A stretch of 58,651 nucleotides of DNA from Chloroflexota bacterium (lineage in GTDB: Bacteria; Chloroflexota; Limnocylindria; P2-11E), in the NCBI GenBank assembly GCA_028876375.1, contig JAGWSB010000003.1:1-58651 (forward strand). Reading direction: 5' to 3'. The translations under genes were made by a program, and so were the position numbers. Of the stretch, positions 8,377-16,226 are shown piece after piece. How positions within the stretch are numbered: position 1 is the stretch's first letter; the number at the start of each line of letters is the position of its first letter. Under the pieces are notes generated by a model that worked only from the letters and a program-made list of their open reading frames with translations, was not told the DNA's origin and ran no database searches.

Positions 8377-11156
8377 GCGCCGGCGGCGCGACGAGCCTCC
8401 GAGAGCTTCATCGAGATCACCTTGGAGACGCCGCCCTCGTCCATGGACACACCGTACATGGTGTCGGCGGCCTCGATCGTCCCGCGGTTGTGCGTGATGA
8501 CGATGAACTGCGTGCGGTCCGTCAGCTCGCGCAGCGCTTCGGTGAACCGTCCGACGTTGCGCTCGTCGAGCGCGGCGTCGACCTCGTCGAGGACGCAGAA
8601 CGGCGCGGGCCGCACGCGAAGGATGGCCAGGAGAAGAGCGACCGCGGTGAGCGCGCGCTCGCCCCCGGACAGCTGGGTGAGGCTGCCGATGCGCTTCCCG
8701 GGCGGCCGCGCGACGATGTCGATCCCGACGTCCTCGGGATCCGCGCTCGTGCGCAGCCGCGCCTCGCCGCCGTTGAACAGGCGCTGGAAGAAGATCCCGA
8801 ACTCGTGGTCGACGGCCTGGAGCGTCGTCGAGAACTGCTCCGCGATCGTCGTCGCGAGCTCCTCGGCGAGGGCGCGGAGGTCGGCGATCGCTTTCTCCAG
8901 GTCGTCCTTCTGCGTCGTGAGGAAGTCGTGCCGCTGGCCGATGTCCGCGAGCTCCGTCGCCGCCAGCGGGTTGACCGGCTCGAGCGAGATCAGCTTCCGC
9001 CGCAGACGCTGGAGGTCGCGCACGACGTTCTTCTCGTCGACGGGACCCTCGTCCTGGGCTTCGAGGCTCTCCGGGTCGGGCAGCGGCTCGTCGTCCGCCA
9101 GCCCCAGCTCCGCTCTCACCTGCTCTTCCAACAGCCGCAGCGCGCCGCTCGCGCGCTCTTCCTCGACGGCGAGCTTGGACCGCTCCCCGCGCAGCTCGGC
9201 GAGCCGCTCCCGCGCCCGCGCGAGCCGCTGCTCGGACTCGCGGCGCGACCCTTCCGCGGCCAGCGCGCGCTGCCGCGCGATCTCGGCCGAGCGCTCCGCC
9301 TCGCGCGCCTGCGCCGACGCGACGCCGAGCTCGTTCTGCGCCGCCGCGAGGCGCGCCCGCGCGTCGCGCTCCTGCTCCTCGAGCGTGCGCGCGCGCTCGT
9401 CCTCGTCGGCGATGCGCTTCTCGGTCGCCGCGATCTGCTCGTCGAGCGTGTCCCGCAGCCGCACCAGCGACGCGCGCCGCTCCTCGCTCGTCGCCGCCTC
9501 GAGCCGCGCGTCCTCGGCGCTCTTCGTCGCCGTCGCGTGCGCGTCGAAGGCGGCGCGCTCGATCGCCTCAGCCGCCGCGACGTCGGCGGAGCCTTCCGGC
9601 ACGTCGATGTGGATCCGCTCGACGAGCTCCGCGAGGGCGCGCCCCGCGCCGCTGATGTGCACGACGCCGCCGCTCGCGACGAAGCCGTCCTTCGTCACGC
9701 CGATGCCCCCGTTCCGCGCGACGGCGAGCGCCGTGCGACGGTCGGGCGCGAGGGTGACGTTCAGGGCTCCGGTGTCGTCCGGCAGGAACACGGACACTCC
9801 GCGCACGCGCAGGTTGAGCACGGCGGCGTGGGTCGACGCGGTGGCCATGCCCTCACCGAACTCGCTCGCCCACTTCACGCCGGCCGGAAGCTCACCCTTC
9901 AGCTCGCGCTCGACGGCCGCGACCGCCTCGCGCAGCTCGGCCGCCTGGCCGCGCAGCAGCGTCTCGACGCGCTGCGCCTGCGCCTCGGCCAGCGCGACGC
10001 GCGTGCGCGACGCCTCCTCCTCGGCGACGCGCGCGGCGTCGGCGGACTCGCGCGCCCGGCGCGCGGCCGCGAGCGCCTCTTCGTCGTGGCCGCTCCGCTT
10101 GGCGCGGAGCTGCGCGAGCTCGCCGGGCAGGGTCGCAAGCGCGTGGCGCGAGCGCTCGCGCTCATGCGCGACGGCCTCGATGCTCGCGCCCGTGGCGGCG
10201 ATCCGCTCGCGCACCGCGGACTCGGCGGCGAGCGCGTCCGAGAGGCCGATGCGCCGCTTCTCCTCTTCCTCACGGGCCTCGCGCAGCTCCTCGTCGCTCA
10301 CGGCGCCGGCGGAGCCGATCTCGTCGATCCGATCCTCGAGGCGGCCGACCTCGGCGTCGGTGCTCGCGAGCTTCGCGACGAGCTCGGCGCGCGTCTTCGC
10401 CGTCTCGCCGAAGGAGCTGCGGTACCAGCGGATGGCCTTGCGGCGCAGCTCGTTGCGGATGGTCTCGTACTCCTGCCACTTCGCGGCCTGCTCGCGCAGC
10501 ATCTCCACCCGCGGCCCGATCTCGCGGAGGATGTCGACGACGCGCACGAGCTCGGCCTCGGCGCCCTTGAGGCGCTGCAGCGCGTCCTCCCTTCGCTCGT
10601 GCAGCCGCCGCACGCCGGCCGCTTCCTCGATCACGAGCCGCCGCTCCGAGGGACGCAGCGCGAGCACCTGGTCGACGAGGCCCTGCCCGATGAAGGTGAA
10701 CGGGTTGTCGGCGAGGTTCGCGCCGGCCAGCAGCTCCTCCATGTCGCGCAGGCGCACGCGCGCGCCGTTGATGAGGTACTCGGATTGGCCGTCGCGATAG
10801 ATGCGCCGTCCGATCTCGACCTCCGTGAAGTCGATGGGCAGGCGCCGCGACGTGTTGTCGACGTGGAGGATGACCTCGGCCATGCCGAGGCTGCGCCGCG
10901 TCTCCGAGCCGCCGAAGATGAGCTCCTCGCTCTTCTTCGCGCGCAGGTGGCGCGGGTTCGTCTCGGCGAGCACCCAGCGGATCGACTCGCCGAGCACCGA
11001 CTTCCCCGAGCCGTTCGGGCCGATGATCGCGGTGATGCCGGGCGCGAACTCGATCGTCGTCTTGTTCATGAACGACTTGAACCCGACGATCGTCGCCGTG
11101 CGGAGCACCGCGCCGGGCCGCGCGCCGCCCTCGATCACCCGCAGCTCATTCGTCAC
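8373..11156 (-). CDS. smc: Chromosome segregation ATPase SMC, unusually short (927 aa)
   Basis: GFKSF, Walker A GPNGSGKS, signature LSGGE, FCVLDEVDAALD, FIVITH; long coiled coils; reduced hinge-like middle; rnc-smc-ftsY synteny. Confidence 0.93.
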   Translation of the reverse strand: MTNELRVIEGGARPGAVLRTATIVGFKSFMNKTTIEFAPGITAIIGPNGSGKSVLGESIRWVLAETNPRHLRAKKSEELIFGGSETRRSLGMAEVILHVDNTSRRLPIDFTEVEIGRRIYRDGQSEYLINGARVRLRDMEELLAGANLADNPFTFIGQGLVDQVLALRPSERRLVIEEAAGVRRLHERREDALQRLKGAEAELVRVVDILREIGPRVEMLREQAAKWQEYETIRNELRRKAIRWYRSSFGETAKTRAELVAKLASTDAEVGRLEDRIDEIGSAGAVSDEELREAREEEEKRRIGLSDALAAESAVRERIAATGASIEAVAHERERSRHALATLPGELAQLRAKRSGHDEEALAAARRARESADAARVAEEEASRTRVALAEAQAQRVETLLRGQAAELREAVAAVERELKGELPAGVKWASEFGEGMATASTHAAVLNLRVRGVSVFLPDDTGALNVTLAPDRRTALAVARNGGIGVTKDGFVASGGVVHISGAGRALAELVERIHIDVPEGSADVAAAEAIERAAFDAHATATKSAEDARLEAATSEERRASLVRLRDTLDEQIAATEKRIADEDERARTLEEQERDARARLAAAQNELGVASAQAREAERSAEIARQRALAAEGSRRESEQRLARARERLAELRGERSKLAVEEERASGALRLLEEQVRAELGLADDEPLPDPESLEAQDEGPVDEKNVVRDLQRLRRKLISLEPVNPLAATELADIGQRHDFLTTQKDDLEKAIADLRALAEELATTIAEQFSTTLQAVDHEFGIFFQRLFNGGEARLRTSADPEDVGIDIVARPPGKRIGSLTQLSGGERALTAVALLLAILRVRPAPFCVLDEVDAALDERNVGRFTEALRELTDRTQFIVITHNRGTIEAADTMYGVSMDEGGVSKVISMKLSEARRAAGA

Positions 11157-11805
11157 GCTTCAACTCCTCCAGAAGCCTCGCGGCCGCCTGTTCTTGCGCC
11201 GCTTTCATCGAGCGTCCCGCCCCGGTCGCGGCCTTGCCGGCGATACGAGCCTCATAGACGAAGCGCGGGGGCTGATCCACGTCGGCGGACTCCAGCTTCA
11301 CGTACTCGGGCATCGCTCCGAACCGATCCTGCGTGAGCTCCTGGAGCTCACCTTTCGGCGAACGTCGAAGGGGTTGTTCGAGGAGCGGGCCGAGCGTTGA
11401 ACGGACGAACGATCGCGCGGCCTCGAAGCCGCCATCGATGTAGACGGCGCCAACGACGCTCTCGAACAGACGGGTCGTGAATCCGTAGCGGGGTTCGTTG
11501 ACCCCCACGCCCTTCCCCAGTCGGGCGCGTTCCATGAGGCCGAGCTGATCGCCGACACGCGCGAGCGCGACGCGAGAGACCACCTGGGCGCGTCTTTCGG
11601 TCAGCTCACCTTCGGCCGCGTCCGGGAACTTCCTGAACAAGTCGTCCGCCACCACGAAGTCGACGACCCCGTCGCCCAGGAACTCCAGGCGTTCGAAGCT
11701 TTCGATCGGCGGCTCGGCGGCCTCCGGCAGGTAGGACGTGTGCGTCAAGGCTGCCTGCAGCAGCCGCTCGTCCCTGAAGCGATATCCGGCGACGTCGTTA
11801 TCCAT
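11146..11805 (-). CDS. rnc: Ribonuclease III
   Basis: ALTHTSY, ERLEFLGDGVV, EGELT, FESVVGAVYIDGG, dsRBD PKGELQELTQ; start at 11805 or 11823. Confidence 0.95.
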   Translation of the reverse strand: MDNDVAGYRFRDERLLQAALTHTSYLPEAAEPPIESFERLEFLGDGVVDFVVADDLFRKFPDAAEGELTERRAQVVSRVALARVGDQLGLMERARLGKGVGVNEPRYGFTTRLFESVVGAVYIDGGFEAARSFVRSTLGPLLEQPLRRSPKGELQELTQDRFGAMPEYVKLESADVDQPPRFVYEARIAGKAATGAGRSMKAAQEQAAARLLEELKRDE

Positions 11806-11821
11806 GTCCTCCGCTGCATGC

Positions 11822-11850
11822 AAAGAGGCAGCCGCCGAAGCGGCTGCCTC
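11822..11850 (-). terminator. Intrinsic terminator after acpP
   Basis: Minus strand GAGGCAGCCGC-TTCG-GCGGCTGCCTC-TTT; short U tract. Confidence 0.7.
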
Positions 11851-11879
11851 CCCTATTCGCTTGTGACGCTGCGCCCAGT

Positions 11880-12125
11880 CTAGGCCCCGGTCTTCTCCTC
11901 GATGTATTCCATGGCGTCGCCGACGGTCTTGATCTTCTCCGCCTCTTCGTCCGAGATCTCCATCCCGAACTCCTCTTCGAGGCTCATGATCAGCTCGACC
12001 AGGTCGAGCGAGTCGGCGTTGAGGTCGTCGACGAAGGACGCCTCCGGCTTGACCTCGGCCTCATCCACGCCGAGCTGCTCGACGATGATCTTCTTCAGAC
12101 GCTCGTAGGACGGTCCCTCCGCCAA
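11880..12125 (-). CDS. acpP: Acyl carrier protein
   Basis: [12 protein letters not shown]...[21 protein letters not shown]; TTG start at 12125 after SD GAGGAGG. Confidence 0.96.
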   Translation of the reverse strand: MAEGPSYERLKKIIVEQLGVDEAEVKPEASFVDDLNADSLDLVELIMSLEEEFGMEISDEEAEKIKTVGDAMEYIEEKTGA

Positions 12126-12192
12126 CTGGTCCTCCTCAAAGCGACGGGCGGATGTGCCCGTGTTGCCGCGCAAGTGTCATCGTCGAGGCGGA

Positions 12193-13041
12193 ATGCGTCA
12201 ATTCCGGGGCCTCGCGGTCCTCGTCATCGCCCTCGCGGCGCTGGGAGCGGCACTCCTGGCGACCCGCGCCGAGACGCCGCCGGTCACCATCGTCTCGCCG
12301 TCCCCGACCGCCACGCGGACGGCGATCGCGACGCCGACGACGCCGCCGCCCAGCGCGACGCCGTCGCCCTCGCCCACCCCGTCACCGACGCCCGCGCCGT
12401 CGCCGACGCCGTCGAAGACCTTCCTCGTGCAGCTGAAGGTCGAGGGCTATTCGGCGCCGGCGACGGTGACCGCGACGACGATGCCCATCGCTACGGGGAC
12501 GACGCGCTTCGTCCTGACGCTCGCCTACGCCGCCCCGCCGCCGTCGCACGCGGTCCCGGCGTTCACGGTCGACCCGGCCGCGGACGGCACGCTCAGCGTG
12601 ACCGTGCCCGGTGGAACGCCCGCGAGCCTCCGCTTCAGCGTCCCGGGCTTCCCGCTGTGGCGCGCGATGGTCGTCTTCGACCCGACGCGCATCGAGATCG
12701 ACGCCGGAGCTCCGCCGGGCGGCGTGTCCGACGACGGCAACACCGCCGTGTACGCGCCGGTCCGCGGCGCGCAGGTCGGCCGCACGTTCCACCTGAGCGG
12801 CGCCGTTCGCGCGTTCGAGGCGACGTACCTCTGGCGCGTCGTCGACACCAACGGCGCGGTGGTCGCCGCCGCGCCCGCGACGGCGAGCATCGGGACGAGC
12901 CCGCTCTGGGGCGCGGCCGAGACGGACGTCACGCTCCCGGCGAGCGTCTCGGGGAACGTGACGCTCGAGGTCTATCAGGTGAGCCCGAAGGACGGCAGCC
13001 AGATCTCGATCGTGGCGGTGCCGCTGGTCGTGCGGCCCTAG
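12193..13041 (+). CDS. Exported/anchored protein with Pro/Thr/Ser linker and C-terminal Gmad2-like Ig domain
   Basis: Hydrophobic N-terminus, TPSPSPTP repeats, SGAVRAFEATYLWRVVD...LEVYQVSPKDGS resembles Gmad2. Confidence 0.7.
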   Translation: MRQFRGLAVLVIALAALGAALLATRAETPPVTIVSPSPTATRTAIATPTTPPPSATPSPSPTPSPTPAPSPTPSKTFLVQLKVEGYSAPATVTATTMPIATGTTRFVLTLAYAAPPPSHAVPAFTVDPAADGTLSVTVPGGTPASLRFSVPGFPLWRAMVVFDPTRIEIDAGAPPGGVSDDGNTAVYAPVRGAQVGRTFHLSGAVRAFEATYLWRVVDTNGAVVAAAPATASIGTSPLWGAAETDVTLPASVSGNVTLEVYQVSPKDGSQISIVAVPLVVRP

Positions 13042-13457
13042 CCTCCGACGGCCGTCGCGAGGACGCCGTTGACGAACTTCGCCGACGCCTCGGAGCCGAA
13101 CAGCTTCGCCAGCTCGACGGCCTCGTCGATGATCACGCTGGCCGGCGCGTCGCCCGCGTAGCGCAGCTCGTACAGCGCGATGCGCAGGACGTTGCGGTCG
13201 ATGCGCGGCATCTGGTCGATGGGGAACTCCGGCGCGAGCTCGGCGATCTCCTCGTCGAGCTCCTTGCGGTGGTCGAGGACGCCGCGCACGATGTCCCACG
13301 CGAACGCGCCCGCCTGCTCGTTGAGGCCGGCGCGGAAGACGCCGCGCTCCCACGTCGCCTGCGCGTCGGCGCCGCGATTGAGGTCGACCTCGAAGAGGGT
13401 CTGCAGCGCGAGGCGGCGCGCGGGATGGCGCCCGCCGCGCGGAGGCCGCTGCTTCAC
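13038..13457 (-). CDS. nusB: Transcription antitermination factor NusB
   Basis: RHPARRLALQTLFEVD...IDRNVLRIALYEL...VIIDEAVELAKLFG...KFVNGVL; GTGA overlap with plsX. Confidence 0.95.
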   Translation of the reverse strand: MKQRPPRGGRHPARRLALQTLFEVDLNRGADAQATWERGVFRAGLNEQAGAFAWDIVRGVLDHRKELDEEIAELAPEFPIDQMPRIDRNVLRIALYELRYAGDAPASVIIDEAVELAKLFGSEASAKFVNGVLATAVGG

Positions 13458-14419
13458 GCGGCGACGCCGAGGGCGGCGATGAGCCCCGACGCGATCGACC
13501 GCTCCGCGACGTCGATCGCGAGCTTGAGCATCCGCGCGCGCGCGCGGCCGTGCGTGACGACGGACACGCCGTTCACGCCCAGGAGCGGGGCCGAGACGTA
13601 CGGCTCGTAGTCCATGCGCGCGCGGAAGCGGCGGATGCCCGGGAGCGCGACGAGCGCGGCGACCTTCCCGCCCGCGCCGCCGAAGATGTCGCGGCGGATC
13701 CCCTCGGTCATGACGTCGAGGACGCCCTCCATCGCTTTCGCGACGGTGTTCCCGGTGAAGCCGTCGGTGACGACGATGTCCGTCGTGCCGTGGAGGATGT
13801 CGCGCCCCTCGACGTTGCCGTAGAAGCGGATGTCGGCCGCGCCGCGGAGCAGCTCGTGCGCCTCGAGCTGAATGCGTCCGCCCTTCTCCGGCTCCTCGCC
13901 GACGTTGAGGAGCCCGACGCTCGGGCTCGGGACGCCGTGGACGCGCTCCATGAAGCGCGACGCCATGCGCGCGAACTGGAGGATGTTCTGCGCCGTCGCG
14001 TCCATCGTCGCGCCGGCGTCGAGGAGGCAGGCGGGGCCGCCCTTCGTCGTCGGCAGCATCCCGCACAGCGCCGGGCGGTCGATGCCGCGCACGCGGCCGA
14101 GGATCAGGAGCGCCGCGGCCATCGTCGCGCCGGTGTTGCCCGCCGACACGACGCCGTCCGCCTTGCCCTCGCGAACGAGGCGCGTCGCGACGGCGATCGA
14201 CGTGTCGCCCCGCCGGCGCAGCGCCGCCCCGGGGTGCTCGCCCATCTCGACCACCTCGGTCGCGGGCTCGACGCCGATCCCGTCGGAGGCGTGGAGGCGC
14301 GCGGGGTCGCCGACGAGGACGATCTCGGCCGCGCCGCCCGACGCCCGGTACAACAGCGCGCCCCGGACGATCTCGTCCGGGGCGTGGTCGCCACCCATGG
14401 CGTCGACGGCGATGCGCAT
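13454..14419 (-). CDS. plsX: Phosphate acyltransferase PlsX
   Basis: MRIAVDAMGGDHAP, VSAGNTGA, IDRPAL, LLNVGEEPEKG, DIVVTDGFTGN. Confidence 0.96.
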   Translation of the reverse strand: MRIAVDAMGGDHAPDEIVRGALLYRASGGAAEIVLVGDPARLHASDGIGVEPATEVVEMGEHPGAALRRRGDTSIAVATRLVREGKADGVVSAGNTGATMAAALLILGRVRGIDRPALCGMLPTTKGGPACLLDAGATMDATAQNILQFARMASRFMERVHGVPSPSVGLLNVGEEPEKGGRIQLEAHELLRGAADIRFYGNVEGRDILHGTTDIVVTDGFTGNTVAKAMEGVLDVMTEGIRRDIFGGAGGKVAALVALPGIRRFRARMDYEPYVSAPLLGVNGVSVVTHGRARARMLKLAIDVAERSIASGLIAALGVAA

Positions 14420-14431
14420 CGGCCTAACAGG

Positions 14432-14638
14432 CTAGGCCGGGCCGGGGGCCGCCCTCTTCGTCTTGATGGTGATGACCTGACGGCCGCGGTAGGTCCCGCA
14501 GCGAGGGCAGGCCTCGTGCGGCTTCTTGAGCGTGCGGCACTGCGGGCACGGCGCCAGCTCGACCTTCGAGAGGGCGAGGTGGCTCCGGCGCTTGCCCTGG
14601 TTCGCGTGGGAATACTTCTTCTTCGGATGTCCAGCCAT
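14432..14638 (-). CDS. rpmF: 50S ribosomal protein L32 (Zn-ribbon type)
   Basis: HPKKKYSHANQGKRRSH...CPQC...PHEACPRCGTYRG. Confidence 0.95.
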   Translation of the reverse strand: MAGHPKKKYSHANQGKRRSHLALSKVELAPCPQCRTLKKPHEACPRCGTYRGRQVITIKTKRAAPGPA

Positions 14639-14642
14639 GCCC

Positions 14643-15179
14643 TTAGTCTTTCACATCCTTCAGCTTCTCGAGCGCGGCCCAGCGCGCGTCGGGCGCCGGC
14701 TCGTGGTCGTGGGGACGCTCGTTGAGGTCCTCCCCGCAGACGGGGCAGAGGCCCCTGCAGCCCGGGCGGCAGAGCGGCGCCTGCGGCGTCGCGAGGATGA
14801 CCTCCTCGCGGATGAGCGGCGTGAGGTCGATGAGGAAGTCCGAGCCGATGGTCTTCGCGTCGCGCGGAGCTGAGGGCATCGGCGCGCCCGTCTCGACGCG
14901 CTCCGTCGCGTAGTACTGCTCCGCGAAGCGCGCGGCGACGGGAGAGTGGATCGGCCGCAGGCAGCGCACGCACTGCTGCGCGACCTCCGCGCGGACGCCG
15001 CCCTCGAGGTACGCGCCGGGGTCCGTGTGCGTCGCCTTGATGTCCGCGTCGAACGCCGTGATGTCGGCGTCGAGGAGCCCCGCGTTGTCACCGCGCGGAT
15101 CGACCGGCGACTCCTGCACGTGCAGATCCATGTGGTCGCCGACCGACTGCTTCAGCAAGGGCGCGACGCTGACCTTCAC
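14643..15179 (-). CDS. yceD: DUF177/YceD family protein
   Basis: CVRCLRP, IDLTPLIREEVIL, LCRPGCRGLCPVCGEDLN, DARWAALEKL; upstream of rpmF. Confidence 0.9.
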   Translation of the reverse strand: MKVSVAPLLKQSVGDHMDLHVQESPVDPRGDNAGLLDADITAFDADIKATHTDPGAYLEGGVRAEVAQQCVRCLRPIHSPVAARFAEQYYATERVETGAPMPSAPRDAKTIGSDFLIDLTPLIREEVILATPQAPLCRPGCRGLCPVCGEDLNERPHDHEPAPDARWAALEKLKDVKD

Positions 15180-15182
15180 CGG

Positions 15183-15647
15183 TCACGCCTCCGCCGGCGC
15201 GGCCTTTCGCTCCTCCAGTACCTCGAGGCTCTTCCGCACGACCCCGAGCGTCTTCTCGAGATCGCCCTGGAGACGAAGGAGGACGTCGGACGCGTACTGG
15301 TCCGCTCCACGCATCGTCTCCTCCGCGCGCTGCTCCGCGCGCCCGGCGATGTCCTCGGCGCGCTTCTCGGCCTCCGCCAAGATGGCTTGATCCTGCAGGA
15401 GGAGTGCCGCCTGCTCCTGACCCGCGGCGATGATCCGCTCGGCCTCCTCGCGCGCATGGCCGAGCACGCGGTCGGTCTCCTGGATCGTGCGCCGTGCCTG
15501 GCGCACCTCTTCCGGGATGGCGACGCGGAGCTGGTCGATGAGGTCGAGGAGCGCGGCCTGCTCGAGGATCACCTGATCCGTCATCGGGACCTTGCGAGCG
15601 TGTACGACGAGGGATTCGAGCCGCTCCACCAGGAACTGCATGTCCAC
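15183..15647 (-). CDS. Coiled-coil protein (ATPase subunit b / DivIVA-like family usually next to rsmD-coaD)
   Basis: LVERLESLVVHARKVPMTDQVILEQAALLDLIDQLRVAIPEEVRQA...GADQYASDVL. Confidence 0.8.
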   Translation of the reverse strand: MDMQFLVERLESLVVHARKVPMTDQVILEQAALLDLIDQLRVAIPEEVRQARRTIQETDRVLGHAREEAERIIAAGQEQAALLLQDQAILAEAEKRAEDIAGRAEQRAEETMRGADQYASDVLLRLQGDLEKTLGVVRKSLEVLEERKAAPAEA

Positions 15648-15661
15648 CCTGGGTCCCTCCC

Positions 15662-16222
15662 TCAGCTCGGTCGCGGGGCATCGTATCGCAGCAGGAGGAG
15701 CGCCTCCTCCCCGATCTCCTTGGTCCGCTCCACCGCGGCGTCCGCGGGGATCGCCGGAAGATGCTTGCGCAGCACACGAGCGACCACGAGCGCGCCCGGC
15801 GCGAGGCCGGCGCGGAGCCCGGGGCTGCGCAGCGTCGCGGAGAGGCCGGCGACGTCGGCGAACGGCGGGTCGCAGAACACGAGATCGAACGGCCCCGCGG
15901 GCGCGCCGCCCAGGAATGCCCCGACGTCCCGCGCGACGACGGTCGACCGCCCCGCGAAGCCCGTCGACGCGAGGTTGCGGCGGAGCGCGGAGAGCGCCCC
16001 GCGGTCGCGCTCGACGAAGGTCGCGTGCTCCGCGCCGCGGGAGAGGGCCTCGATGCCCAGCGTCCCCGCGCCGGCGTAGAGGTCGAGCACCCGCGCTCCC
16101 GCGAGGAGAGGCTCGAGGACGGCGAACAGGCTCTCGCGGATCCGCTCGGTCGCCGCGCGCGTGACGCTCGCCGGCGGGGCGACGAGCGCGCGGCCCTTCG
16201 CCTCGCCGGCCACGACGCGCAT
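15662..16222 (-). CDS. rsmD: 16S rRNA (guanine966-N2)-methyltransferase RsmD
   Basis: MRVVAGEAKGR, RIRESLF, VLDLYAGAGTLGIEALSRGA, FDLVFCDPPF. Confidence 0.94.
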   Translation of the reverse strand: MRVVAGEAKGRALVAPPASVTRAATERIRESLFAVLEPLLAGARVLDLYAGAGTLGIEALSRGAEHATFVERDRGALSALRRNLASTGFAGRSTVVARDVGAFLGGAPAGPFDLVFCDPPFADVAGLSATLRSPGLRAGLAPGALVVARVLRKHLPAIPADAAVERTKEIGEEALLLLRYDAPRPS

Positions 16223-16226
16223 CGTC

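Noticed and set aside
7384-11336. Very long plus-strand ORFs (1138 aa, 948 aa) opposite ftsY/smc, and similar ones opposite recG, ileS and the ABC genes
   Set aside because: Typical stop-poor shadow frames in a genome of about 70% GC; low-complexity Arg/Ala/Ser content and no domain motifs
12290-12420. Short tandem CCG/ACG/TCG repeats
   Set aside because: They encode the Pro/Thr/Ser linker of the Gmad2-like protein; not an independent repeat or contingency locus
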